Shown here one piece after another: positions 1 through 8,270 of a stretch of DNA of 39,330 nt. The stretch's first letter is position 1. Every line of letters begins with the position of its first letter. The notes under the pieces were generated by a model that ran no database searches, had not been told where the DNA came from, and saw only the letters and a list, made by a program, of their open reading frames with translations. The DNA is from a virus (taxonomy: Duplodnaviria; Caudoviricetes): the IMG/VR virus record IMGVR_UViG_3300043409_001052, positions 1-39,330 of that record. One strand, 5' to 3'. The translations under genes and the position numbers were made by a program.

Positions 1-364
1 ATGGGGTACTCTCCCAAATAGGTCGCAGACGAGTCTGTTGCCAATCTTGCGCGTTCGGGTCATTATCTCGCAGAAGTAATGTCGGTCCTGGGGCGCGGGC
101 TGGAATGAAAGTAGACCATAATTCAAGCAATGATGTTTTCCCACTTTGAACATTTGCGGGGACAACAATTGTTTCGGTTTCTGGATTTTGAAGCTCCCTA
201 AGAATTGGCGCGAGGTAAGGCGTTGACTCAATTCTGAAGGGTCCAGGGTTGGGAGAGTACGGTATATTTTTAACATTGCGTTCAAGCCAAGTAACCATGT
301 CCCCGTCTGGGTCTGGTGCAAGCACAGACCTTAGGACATCTTCAAAATCTTTCTCAACGCTCAT
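1..364 (-). CDS. terL: Terminase large subunit, 5' part (duplicate, cut by window edge)
   Basis: Same reading frame as 38492-38855; only synonymous differences. Confidence 0.9.
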   Translation of the reverse strand, partial: MSVEKDFEDVLRSVLAPDPDGDMVTWLERNVKNIPYSPNPGPFRIESTPYLAPILRELQNPETETIVVPANVQSGKTSLLELWSTFIPARAPGPTLLLRDNDPNAQDWQQTRLRPIWESTP

Positions 365-839
365 CAGTGTTGGTTAAGCCGTCCTTGGCATCTTCTGTCA
401 TGGATGACAGTCGGCCTAATAGGGAATTCACTTCGTCCTCGATGGCTTTCATTGCTGTACCAGGATGGTCTGGATTAGCTTTGGTAGCCATACGCTGACC
501 CATTTGAGTTAGTTCGTTTCTTACGGTTACTAAAATCTTACTAAAAATAGAAATAGCTGTTTGTGTCTCAATGTACTTCTTTGCGGCAATATCACGTGAT
601 TGCTTTTCGCGTTCAAGGGCAACCAATGTTTTAACAAGCTTGTCGTACGTAGCGTATGACTTGGCCTGTTGGTTTGAGCGCTCTGCCAAGTCGTCTTCGT
701 ACTGCCTGTAAGCTAGTGCTTTTAACTGCCTGTGTTTATTTACAATTTCCGCAAAGGTAGAGTCATCGACTGTTTCGGTTTCCACGACTGAGCTTTCAAA
801 GGCATCCGCGCCTCTTGCAGCCCGCCTTGAATTGTACCA
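1..839. repeat. Terminal overlap, copy 1
   Basis: Ungapped match to 38492-39330 with 22 substitutions (hand alignment). Confidence 0.97.
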
Positions 840-950
840 TGCCTCTGCTGACTCAATTGAATCTAGGGGCATACCTTGGTTTACAAACTTGTTAATAGCC
901 TGTCGAGACAGTCCAAGGTGTTCCGCAATCTCAATAGGTCTAATGCTCAT
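354..950 (-). CDS. terS: Terminase small subunit (Nu1-like)
   Basis: N-terminal HTH (EIAEHLGLSRQAINKFVNQGMP), coiled-coil body, overlaps the start of GpA-type terL. Confidence 0.85.
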   Translation of the reverse strand: MSIRPIEIAEHLGLSRQAINKFVNQGMPLDSIESAEAWYNSRRAARGADAFESSVVETETVDDSTFAEIVNKHRQLKALAYRQYEDDLAERSNQQAKSYATYDKLVKTLVALEREKQSRDIAAKKYIETQTAISIFSKILVTVRNELTQMGQRMATKANPDHPGTAMKAIEDEVNSLLGRLSSMTEDAKDGLTNTDER

Positions 951-1474
951 TTTTCAAATCTGTTACCGTTAAAACAATTACGCGGTAGGTTAAGGCGTTT
1001 CTGAATGCTACGTACTCGCCATGATACGTTAGCCTTGGGCAGATTGTATTTCTTGCAGATATCCTTTTGCGATTTGCACGATGGCATTCCAATGGCCAGC
1101 TTCATGCAGTCTACATGGATCTTAACCTGCTTATCCCTGGAGCAGTCAAATGCGCTAATGACCTGTGCTGCGATGTAAACGGCAAACCCCATCTCTGGTT
1201 CGCTTTCAACTTCTATCTGACTCTCTATGTGTTTACGAATTAAATCCTTTTTAGTAATGCGCTGAAAGTACGACTCGTTCCATTTTGAATATTCTGAATC
1301 TTTTCCACCGCGGGTATCAATGCCACGATGTACCATTGGTAAGTTATTTGGAAACGGACTGTATTCACCAATGTCAAAGCCAGCGTCGATGAGCTTTTGG
1401 ATGTCATCCTTTTTCATGGACACGATCCACTTGTCCCATTCCTGTTTTAATCTGGTCTGTTTATTAGTTGCCAC
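947..1474 (-). CDS. Putative transcription regulator with C-terminal sigma-region-4-like HTH
   Basis: C-terminal SQKDICKKYNLPKANVSWRVRSIQKRL resembles a sigma r4/HTH; GTG start; ATGA overlap with terS. Confidence 0.5.
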   Translation of the reverse strand: MATNKQTRLKQEWDKWIVSMKKDDIQKLIDAGFDIGEYSPFPNNLPMVHRGIDTRGGKDSEYSKWNESYFQRITKKDLIRKHIESQIEVESEPEMGFAVYIAAQVISAFDCSRDKQVKIHVDCMKLAIGMPSCKSQKDICKKYNLPKANVSWRVRSIQKRLNLPRNCFNGNRFEK

Positions 1475-1506
1475 TGGTATTAGGTATTAGCCGTATTATA
1501 CCATAG

Positions 1507-1827
1507 TCAAGCTAAAAACTCATACATACCGTTAATATGCTTTTTAATGACGTTTTGCCTTATAGCGAACCTGCACCAGTTCCAGGCTTGCTGGTTGGTC
1601 AGTTCCTCGTTGTAGACGTCCCGCCAAGCTTCAGCGATATGATCGCGCATGACGCAGGGTGGTAGCTGCTTTTTTGGCATTAGGTTCTGGATGCCGCGGA
1701 ACTGCCTAACCTTCTCGTCGACCTTCTGGAGCTGTTGGGCATTCAGCATGTCTAGGTTGGCTCGCTGGCGCTCTGGGTAGCGTTTCCAGATGTCGGCCCA
1801 GTAGCCTGGCTTGCGTTTGTGTTTCAT
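1507..1827 (-). CDS. Hypothetical basic protein (start MKHKRK at 1827)
   Basis: Clean ORF co-oriented with terS; A/C-rich leader before the ATG at 1827. Confidence 0.65.
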   Translation of the reverse strand: MKHKRKPGYWADIWKRYPERQRANLDMLNAQQLQKVDEKVRQFRGIQNLMPKKQLPPCVMRDHIAEAWRDVYNEELTNQQAWNWCRFAIRQNVIKKHINGMYEFLA

Positions 1828-1929
1828 GTTTGGTTTTGGTTGGGGGGTGAGGGGGGCGAAAAGGGATGCTCCCATAGGGCGCGCCGCCGTAGGCAGGCGT
1901 TAGCCCTAATGGGATTGCGTTTAGCAATT

Positions 1930-2079
1930 CCCTTTCATTTTATTTTTATAGGGTTTATCCCTATAATAAAATGAGGGTTTGGCGCTACGGCTTGACGTAC
2001 GGTTTGTTAACATAACAACCCGTATGGTAACCCGTATGAGACGGTGCAAGCCCAAAATGCAAAAAAGTGGGTTTTTTGC
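1930..2079. other. Palindrome/direct-repeat cluster, candidate packaging (cos/pac) region
   Basis: Imperfect inverted repeat 1930-1977 (TCATTTTAT..TATAGGG/CCCTATA ATAAAATGA), AACCCGTATG twice at 2017-2038, GCAAAAAA-N5-TTTTTTGC at 2059-2079; noncoding, upstream of the terS operon. Confidence 0.35.
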
Positions 2080-2439
2080 GGTTTACACACAAGAAACTTA
2101 CGAGGTGCCTCGCCGTTGGCTCCCTCCGTGGGGGGGGTGGGAATAGATTTCTTCGTGGGGTAGGTAGGCAGGGACGGCGGGTGCGCGGCTGTCAGGCCGC
2201 TGTCAAATCTCGTCATTTTGGCCTGTTTTCTCGTTTTGTCGCTCGTTTTCTGCGCGCGCAAGCGCTCGGCGCGCTCGGCAAGCGCTCCGTGATCGCCGAC
2301 AAGCGGCGCGGATCGGGTCAGGCGCGGCGGGTGGATCGTTCCGCGCGCGTCAATTTCGTGATCAATCGCGCGCCGATCGGGTGGCTGGCGCGGGCTGGTG
2401 ACGGCTTCGCCGCGCGCTCGGATCGTGGCAAGCGGGCGC

Positions 2440-2472
2440 AAGAAAGCCCCTCAGCGTGGCGCTGAGAGGCTC
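2440..2472 (-). terminator. Intrinsic terminator ending the high-GC operon
   Basis: Minus strand AGCCTCTCAGCG-CCA-CGCTGAGGGGCT hairpin running into TTTCTT, about 70 nt after the last ORF. Confidence 0.7.
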
Positions 2473-2542
2473 TTGACCGTCTCTCCCCGCCCTACCCCCT
2501 GCCCTGTGTAGGGCGCGGGGCGTGGCGGGGCTGTGGCGTGGT

Positions 2543-2830
2543 TCAGGTGCGGTAGCCAAGCGCCTCGGATCGCCGCTTGCCTTCGTCCACGATCAGGCGG
2601 GCAAGCGCTAAGAGGTCTTTGGAAGTCTCGAGCGCCTTGACGATCCCCTCCTTGTTCGGTGGATCTTCTTGGCCGTTGCGCGTGGCCTCAAGGATCGCGG
2701 CGGCGATCTTCTCGCGCCATTGATCGCGATCCTGTGGCGGTCTGTTCGCGTGATCGGCAAAAAGCGCGGTCAGGTATTCCGCGAGAGTGTCGGACGGTGG
2801 GGGCATTTTTATTTTTTTAGGTTTGGGCAT
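2543..2830 (-). CDS. Hypothetical protein
   Basis: Tiles with neighbours; helical; leader CCCACCCTATG. Confidence 0.7.
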   Translation of the reverse strand: MPKPKKIKMPPPSDTLAEYLTALFADHANRPPQDRDQWREKIAAAILEATRNGQEDPPNKEGIVKALETSKDLLALARLIVDEGKRRSEALGYRT

Positions 2831-2840
2831 AGGGTGGGGA

Positions 2841-3041
2841 TTATTTCCAGCGGTTGGTTGCGTTGGCGGCGCGTAGGAAAGCGCGCGCGCGGTTCAACTT
2901 GCGCGCGCACTCGGTGAGGTCGCACGATTGGAGCGCGGCAAGCGCAAGGGTCAGGCATCGGCCGACCTCCTTGATCAATTGCTCGGTGGTCATCGGCTCG
3001 CCTTCGGGCGCGCCTTCATTGGGTGGTTGTGGTGTAGCCAT
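2841..3041 (-). CDS. Hypothetical protein
   Basis: Fills the gap between co-oriented ORFs; leader CCTTTCCCAATG like neighbours. Confidence 0.6.
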   Translation of the reverse strand: MATPQPPNEGAPEGEPMTTEQLIKEVGRCLTLALAALQSCDLTECARKLNRARAFLRAANATNRWK

Positions 3042-3050
3042 TGGGAAAGG

Positions 3051-4055
3051 TCAGGCGGCGAATGAGACAGTAAAGCCAAGCGCGCCGAGTTGTCGGGCGA
3101 TCTCTTTGCGGGCGCTGTCGGGCGTCTCAAAAGCGCTTTCGCCGTTTTCTGCGTCTGATAGTTTTGGGAGTTCGTAGGATCCAACAGGGTTAAGATCCTT
3201 TCGGTGATCACTGCGCGGGTTTCCGTATCCGCGCCGCAACTCGTCAACGGTGACGGGATCGGTCAGATCGCCGATCGACTCAATGGCGGCAAAGTGGATG
3301 CGCCGAAAGGTTGCGGGGTGCGCGAGGGATACGGCCAGACGGTCAAGGCTCAGGGCGGCGCCCGCTTCCTTCACTAAGTGTCTGATCACCGTTTGCTGGT
3401 TTTCGCCTTTGTGCGTGTCGTGGTGGACGCTGTGAGTCTCTACCTCTACGCTGTGGCCGCCGTTTTCTAAGGCATCGATCACGGAGGCGATCGCGGCGCC
3501 GCGATTGCATAGCGCCTTGGCGCTTACGCCGCACGATGCCGACAATGGCACGATCAATCTGACGATCTTTGACTTTCCACCTGTTAGATCTTCCGCGTCT
3601 GTCTCAAAGTGGCAGGGATCGCCCGCAATGAATGAAGGGGTGCAAAGTGTGCCGCCCGATACATCAAAGTCAGGCGGCGGCGTCAGGACAAAGTCGCCCG
3701 CAAGTGAGGCAAGCGCGTTGCCCATTTTCTTTCGACCTTCAGGCCAACCGTTGTTTGCAAGATCAAGCGCGCCCTGCCATCCCGCGCCGAGATCCCAATC
3801 CATTCCCTCCTTGCCTTGGTGCGGCTCGCGACTGCTTGGATCATTCGCAAATTTCGCTTTGGGCTTTCCTGCCTCGCTTGTGATCCATCGGACAAGCGCC
3901 GCGAGTGAGTCGGCGCGGATCTGAACGGACGCGATCAAGTTTTCTTTTTCTTGCGTGTCAGGCTTATAAGCGGGATTTTTGCGGCGCGGGTGGCGCGTGA
4001 GTCGGACGCCTTCGCAAAGGCGCGCCGATGTGTCGGGTGGTGGTGGTGTGTCCAT
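3051..4055 (-). CDS. vWA-like protein (degenerate MIDAS), partner of the MoxR ATPase
   Basis: RLIVPLSASCGVS...RGAAIASVIDALENGGHSVEV strand/helix pattern typical of phage vWA-like proteins downstream of MoxR/CobS ATPases. Confidence 0.65.
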   Translation of the reverse strand: MDTPPPPDTSARLCEGVRLTRHPRRKNPAYKPDTQEKENLIASVQIRADSLAALVRWITSEAGKPKAKFANDPSSREPHQGKEGMDWDLGAGWQGALDLANNGWPEGRKKMGNALASLAGDFVLTPPPDFDVSGGTLCTPSFIAGDPCHFETDAEDLTGGKSKIVRLIVPLSASCGVSAKALCNRGAAIASVIDALENGGHSVEVETHSVHHDTHKGENQQTVIRHLVKEAGAALSLDRLAVSLAHPATFRRIHFAAIESIGDLTDPVTVDELRRGYGNPRSDHRKDLNPVGSYELPKLSDAENGESAFETPDSARKEIARQLGALGFTVSFAA

Positions 4056-4095
4056 TGGTAGATCCTGGGGGTATTGTTCGGTTCCCTGGTTTTGC

Positions 4096-4695
4096 TTAGT
4101 TGCGGGATCCGTCAGGGTTCCAATCGCCGCCGCCGCCGTTGCGCGGGAACGGTGGCAGATCGTCAGGCTTGGGCTTGTCGGTCTTGGGCTTCAACTTGGG
4201 CTTCAACTTGGGCGCTTCTTCGGTATCAGGTGACAGCAAGCGCGCGGCGTCTGCCTTGGCCTCAGGTGTGCGCGGCGTGATCACTCCAGCCTTCAATGCG
4301 TGTTTCTTCTTTAGCCATTTTTGGGCGCGTAGGTGCGGGAGTTCCTTCCCTGAGTTTTCAACGATCTCTTGCGGGTCTGTCAGGTTAAGCGGTTCAAGTT
4401 TCGCGCCTTCCTTGCTAAAGATCTCGTGAACACTCTTTGCAAATGTCTCAAGCGTGGATCCTTCCGTCCCGATCAGGTGGCAAACGATCTCCAAGATCGT
4501 GTTTCCCATTTCGAGATCGTTCAGGTGCGGGGATGAGTCGGGAAGCGCCTTCGCGATCTTCTCATTATTCATCTTTACGGCCATTGCGAGAGCAAGGGCA
4601 AGGGCGAGGCCTTCGCCGTTGTGCTCGATCCATTTAATGAGCGCCTGAGGTGGAACGGCGAAAAGCGCGCCGTCATCGTTTTTGGGTTTTTCCAT
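4096..4695 (-). CDS. Hypothetical protein (start MEKPK at 4695), Pro/Lys-rich tail
   Basis: Lies between the ATPase and vWA genes; ACACCTATG leader; PKLKPKLKPK repeat. Confidence 0.7.
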   Translation of the reverse strand: MEKPKNDDGALFAVPPQALIKWIEHNGEGLALALALAMAVKMNNEKIAKALPDSSPHLNDLEMGNTILEIVCHLIGTEGSTLETFAKSVHEIFSKEGAKLEPLNLTDPQEIVENSGKELPHLRAQKWLKKKHALKAGVITPRTPEAKADAARLLSPDTEEAPKLKPKLKPKTDKPKPDDLPPFPRNGGGGDWNPDGSRN

Positions 4696-4705
4696 AGGTG
4701 TATTA

Positions 4706-5833
4706 TTAGACGGTGAACGGCTGGATCGAGTCAGGCGCGGGCGGCGGTGTTGCCTCGGCGCTTTCCTCCTGTGCGATCTTCGCAAGCGCGGCGGCGTGGG
4801 ATGCCTTCTCGCTTGCCTCCTTTACCTCGCGAAAGTGGGTCAAGGCGTTGGCGGCCTTGTTGAGTCGCGTCCGATCTTCGGCGCTGGCAAATTTCTGGAG
4901 GATCAGGGCGTCAATCATCTCGCGTTTGGTGAACCCTGCCACGATCAGGCGCGCGCCGTTAAGGGCGGCGCGTGGCGATAGGACGCCGCGCAAGCCTTCG
5001 GCGTTCATAGCCTCGCGGTAATCTTGCACGATCCGCGCGAATTCAATGGCGCGATCCTTGTCGGCCTCGGACAGATCCAGCGCGTGGATCAGGCGCTCGG
5101 TCAGGCTTGGATCATAGTCGCAAGTGAAGATCGTAAACCGATCCAGCGTTGCGCCGTCTAATTGGTTGCGGCCGCAATAATCGCGCGTTGCGCCGCCGCC
5201 GTTCGTGTTGGCGCTGGCGATAAATCGAAAATCCTTATGCGCGGTTATGCGCCGATCGGGGAAGTCGCAAAAGCCATTAGATAGCGCCGCATTGACTGAG
5301 AGAAGCGCGGCGGGTGTGCTGGCGTCCACTTCGTCAAACAGGAAAACGCCGCCGTTTTCGAAAGCATCCCTGAACGCCGTCCGCACGATCTGGCCTTGCG
5401 CGTCCGTGTATCCGAGCAACTCGTGCTTTTTATTGACCGCGCCTGAGAAGTGGAACGCAAGGCCGAGCGCGTCCGCAACTTGGCTGGCAAGGGTGGTTTT
5501 ACCCGATCCAGCGGCTCCAATGATCAACGGCGCGACTCCTACGGAAACGGCGCGACATACAGGGTCGAACAGGGGATGACAAATGCGCTCGCCGAGATCT
5601 CGGACGCCGAGGGGGTGGACGATCTCAAGGCGCGCGGGGCGTATCTTGGCGGCTTCCTCTTGCGCGATGCGGCGGATCGTGGCCGTATCGTGGCCGAGAT
5701 CGACAAGGCCACTTAGCGCGTGAAGCGCTTGCGCGGCGATCGTGCGCTTTTCGTCTTTCGACATCCGCGCGAGTTTTGGGGTGATAGACGGCGCGGGTGT
5801 CGCGCTGTCCGTTGTGTTGGGTGTTGGGTTCAT
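4706..5833 (-). CDS. MoxR/CbbQ/CobS-like AAA+ ATPase
   Basis: Walker A GAAGSGKT, Walker B VFLFDE, H..FRFIASANT, Y.GRNQLDGATLDRF, SPRA. Confidence 0.9.
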   Translation of the reverse strand: MNPTPNTTDSATPAPSITPKLARMSKDEKRTIAAQALHALSGLVDLGHDTATIRRIAQEEAAKIRPARLEIVHPLGVRDLGERICHPLFDPVCRAVSVGVAPLIIGAAGSGKTTLASQVADALGLAFHFSGAVNKKHELLGYTDAQGQIVRTAFRDAFENGGVFLFDEVDASTPAALLSVNAALSNGFCDFPDRRITAHKDFRFIASANTNGGGATRDYCGRNQLDGATLDRFTIFTCDYDPSLTERLIHALDLSEADKDRAIEFARIVQDYREAMNAEGLRGVLSPRAALNGARLIVAGFTKREMIDALILQKFASAEDRTRLNKAANALTHFREVKEASEKASHAAALAKIAQEESAEATPPPAPDSIQPFTV

Positions 5834-5847
5834 TGGGTGGGAAAGGT

Positions 5848-6090
5848 TTAGAGGTTAAGAAGTTTAGATTGGATCGCGGCGGCGGCTTGGATCGCCTCCG
5901 AGATCTCGGCAACGGCGGCGCGGCGCTGTTGGGCGCTGGTCAGGCGCATTTGTAAGCGCTCGGCGCTGGTGACGATACCGTCCGCGCGTTCAAGTCGCGT
6001 CTCGGCCTCGGCAAGCGCATTTAAGGCGCGGCGGAGAGTGATCAACAGGTGGCGCGCAAGGCGCTCGGCTTTAACTTGTTCAGTTTCCAT
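5848..6090 (-). CDS. Small helical protein, paralogue of 6094-6378
   Basis: 24/60 identical residues in an ungapped hand alignment. Confidence 0.8.
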   Translation of the reverse strand: METEQVKAERLARHLLITLRRALNALAEAETRLERADGIVTSAERLQMRLTSAQQRRAAVAEISEAIQAAAAIQSKLLNL

Positions 6091-6093
6091 AGG

Positions 6094-6378
6094 TTAAACG
6101 ATCTCGGGGTTAAGTTGCGATGTGATCGATCGGGCGCTTTCGTAGGCGCTTGCAATGTCGGCGGCGGCTCGGGTGCGGGCGCTTTCGGCGCGCGTCCTGA
6201 GTGCAAGGCGCTCGGCGGCGGTGATACAGGCATCCGCGCTTTTCAGATCACGCTCGGCGTTAAACAGGGAGATCATAGCGCGGTTAAGGTCGGACGCGAT
6301 AAAGACGGCGGCAGACTTGGCAAAGTCTCGATCACAGATCAGAGACAGGCGTTGAAGGTGTTCGGCGTTTGTTTCCAT
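6094..6378 (-). CDS. Small helical protein, paralogue of 5848-6090
   Basis: Shared L.RA...L..AE..L..AD...T.AERL..R pattern. Confidence 0.8.
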   Translation of the reverse strand: METNAEHLQRLSLICDRDFAKSAAVFIASDLNRAMISLFNAERDLKSADACITAAERLALRTRAESARTRAAADIASAYESARSITSQLNPEIV

Positions 6379-6390
6379 AGGTGGCAGGTG

Positions 6391-6537
6391 TTAGGCGGCG
6401 AGGATCACGGCGAGCGCGATCAGGGAAGCAAATGCGGCGAGCGCCCAAAGGACGGCGGCGGAGCCTGGTTGCGTTGTGACGGTAGGAAGCGGGCGCGCAA
6501 GGTTGCGCGCGGCGCGGGTGTGTTTGTGTGTGTTCAT
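6391..6537 (-). CDS. 48-aa C-terminally anchored membrane peptide (not in ORF track)
   Basis: MNTHKHTRAARNLARPLPTVTTQPGSAAVLWALAAFASLIALAVILAA; tiles the gap; CTAAACTTCCC leader. Confidence 0.65.
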   Translation of the reverse strand: MNTHKHTRAARNLARPLPTVTTQPGSAAVLWALAAFASLIALAVILAA

Positions 6538-6561
6538 TGTGGGAAGTTTAGGTGATCGGGT

Positions 6562-6816
6562 TCAGGCGTTGCGCGGATCGGGTGCGCCTTGTTCAACGCG
6601 GGTCAGGGACTCCAAGATCTCGGCGGCGGTGCAACCGACAATCCCCGATCGTTGTTCGTAGTTATAACCCGCCGCGAGATCCACGAAGATCATTCTTCCC
6701 TCAGGGTGCCACTCGGTGTGGTAGGACTCCACGCGGTGATCGGCGTCAAGTTTCGCGGACAGTTTCGCGGACAGCGGGCGGCCGTCTTGGGAGAAAGTGC
6801 AAAGTTTAGATTTCAT
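6562..6816 (-). CDS. Hypothetical protein
   Basis: Tiles the operon; CTAAACTTTCCC leader. Confidence 0.7.
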   Translation of the reverse strand: MKSKLCTFSQDGRPLSAKLSAKLDADHRVESYHTEWHPEGRMIFVDLAAGYNYEQRSGIVGCTAAEILESLTRVEQGAPDPRNA

Positions 6817-6843
6817 CTTGGGAAAGTTTAGCGGGTGGAAAGT

Positions 6844-7143
6844 TTAGCGGGTCAGGTTTTCAATGATCTTTTCAAGCGATCCAATGTCTCCGTCACCGTT
6901 GCGCGCCGCTTCAAGTGAGAAGTGGATCGCCTGTGCCGCGTCCGACAGATCGCAAAGGCGCGTCCGCAAGATCCTTTCGTTTTTCTCCTTCACCTCGGCG
7001 GTGAAAGCGGGATCGTTCCGCCACTCCTTAGCGGCTTTAAGATCAACGGAGAGAACTCGCGCGCAAGTTTTCAGGGCGCGAAGATCGTTAGTGAAAAGGC
7101 GCAAGGCGTTGGCGGTGCGCTCGGGTGTTTTGGGTGTGTCCAT
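6844..7143 (-). CDS. Hypothetical helical protein, first gene of the high-GC operon
   Basis: ATG 6 nt downstream of the predicted -10 element. Confidence 0.7.
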   Translation of the reverse strand: MDTPKTPERTANALRLFTNDLRALKTCARVLSVDLKAAKEWRNDPAFTAEVKEKNERILRTRLCDLSDAAQAIHFSLEAARNGDGDIGSLEKIIENLTR

Positions 7144-7149
7144 CCCTTG

Positions 7150-7188
7150 ACCGTAGGGCGCGCGGCCTGTATGTCAAAGTCTTTTTTT
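7150..7188 (-). promoter_or_regulatory. Sigma70-type early promoter, probably giving a leaderless mRNA
   Basis: A7 tract, TTGACA (7177-7172), 16-nt spacer, TACGGT (7155-7150), ATG at 7143. Confidence 0.6.
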
Positions 7189-7210
7189 GGCATACAGGGG
7201 AAAGCGCCGC

Positions 7211-7260
7211 CGCCGTGGATCATCCCGCGCCGTGGATCATCCCGCCGCCGTGATCCACGG
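7211..7260. repeat. GATC-cored 17-bp tandem repeat plus inverted partial copy
   Basis: CGCCGTGGATCATCCCG twice (7211-7244); TGATCCACGG (7251-7260) is the reverse complement of CCGTGGATCA. Confidence 0.9.
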
Positions 7261-7470
7261 TCAAACGGCCTACGCGGTCAGGCCGCCGCATTTACCTTTG
7301 GCGCGTTTGCCTATGTCCTGACATACCCCTACCCCTTCCGAGCGCTTGGCGGGGCATTTGCGCGCGATCCTGAGGGGATCCAGCCGCCCGCGCTGTCAAG
7401 CGCTCGGCGATCGCGCCGCGCGTATCAGGCGCGCGTGTTTCCAAGCGGGCAAGCGCGCGCGTCCTTCTTA

Positions 7471-7718
<248 letters not shown>

Positions 7719-8016
7719 TCTGGCGGCCTGGAGCGCTGTGGCATAATTATCTTACCTTTATTATAACCATTATATCAAAGGATTGTATTCCAGATGAAAT
7801 CTCAGATTTTAGTGCCAGAAATTTTTGAAGGATTTTTATCCTATACATTATGCCATGCCATATGGAACAAGACCCAGGGGGGGGTATGCATAGGGACAAA
7901 TTTGAGTAAAAAAAAAGAAAAAAACAAAGCCACCCATGGGGTGTATTTGATCGGGTCAAAATCCTGTTAAAAAAAAAGAAAGAATAAGGCTGCGGGGTGG
8001 GGCGCAATCTTCTGTC

Positions 8017-8062
8017 AAAAAAATAAAAAAAGATTGACTAAGGGGGTAGGGTGGGGCATTTG
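8017..8062 (+). promoter_or_regulatory. Possible promoter for the replication arm
   Basis: A-rich UP-like tract then TTGACT at 8034-8039; -10 element poor. Confidence 0.3.
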
Positions 8063-8081
8063 TATTGAGACCACCAACACT

Positions 8082-8270
8082 ATGAACCAACAAACCATTA
8101 TGTATTACATCCATAACATCCTCAACGGAACGCGCAAGGTTAGTAGCATGGCAGAGGCCGTGCAGATCCTTGAAGCCGTTGAGTTCAACTCTGAGAAGTA
8201 TTTGATTACTCATCAGAACTACGAAGTATATACGGCCATCAAAAACTACGTAGAGGGTGGCAACAAATGA
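8082..8270 (+). CDS. Hypothetical protein (start MNQQ at 8082)
   Basis: First ORF of the plus arm; ATGA overlap with the ligase. Confidence 0.65.
   Translation: MNQQTIMYYIHNILNGTRKVSSMAEAVQILEAVEFNSEKYLITHQNYEVYTAIKNYVEGGNK

Noticed and set aside
1-839. True direct terminal repeat of the virion DNA
   Set aside because: Copies differ at 22 mostly synonymous sites with identical ends of about 120 nt, and they cut through terS/terL; this fits an assembly overlap of two strains
2007-7150. Many plus-strand and alternative-frame ORFs in the high-GC block
   Set aside because: Shadow ORFs of GC-rich DNA; the minus-strand set tiles the region with consistent leaders
2291-7412. Cyanobacterial HIP1 (GCGATCGC) as the cause of the GATC excess
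   Set aside because: Only about two full HIP1 copies seen (near 3487 and 7407); GATC flanks are diverse
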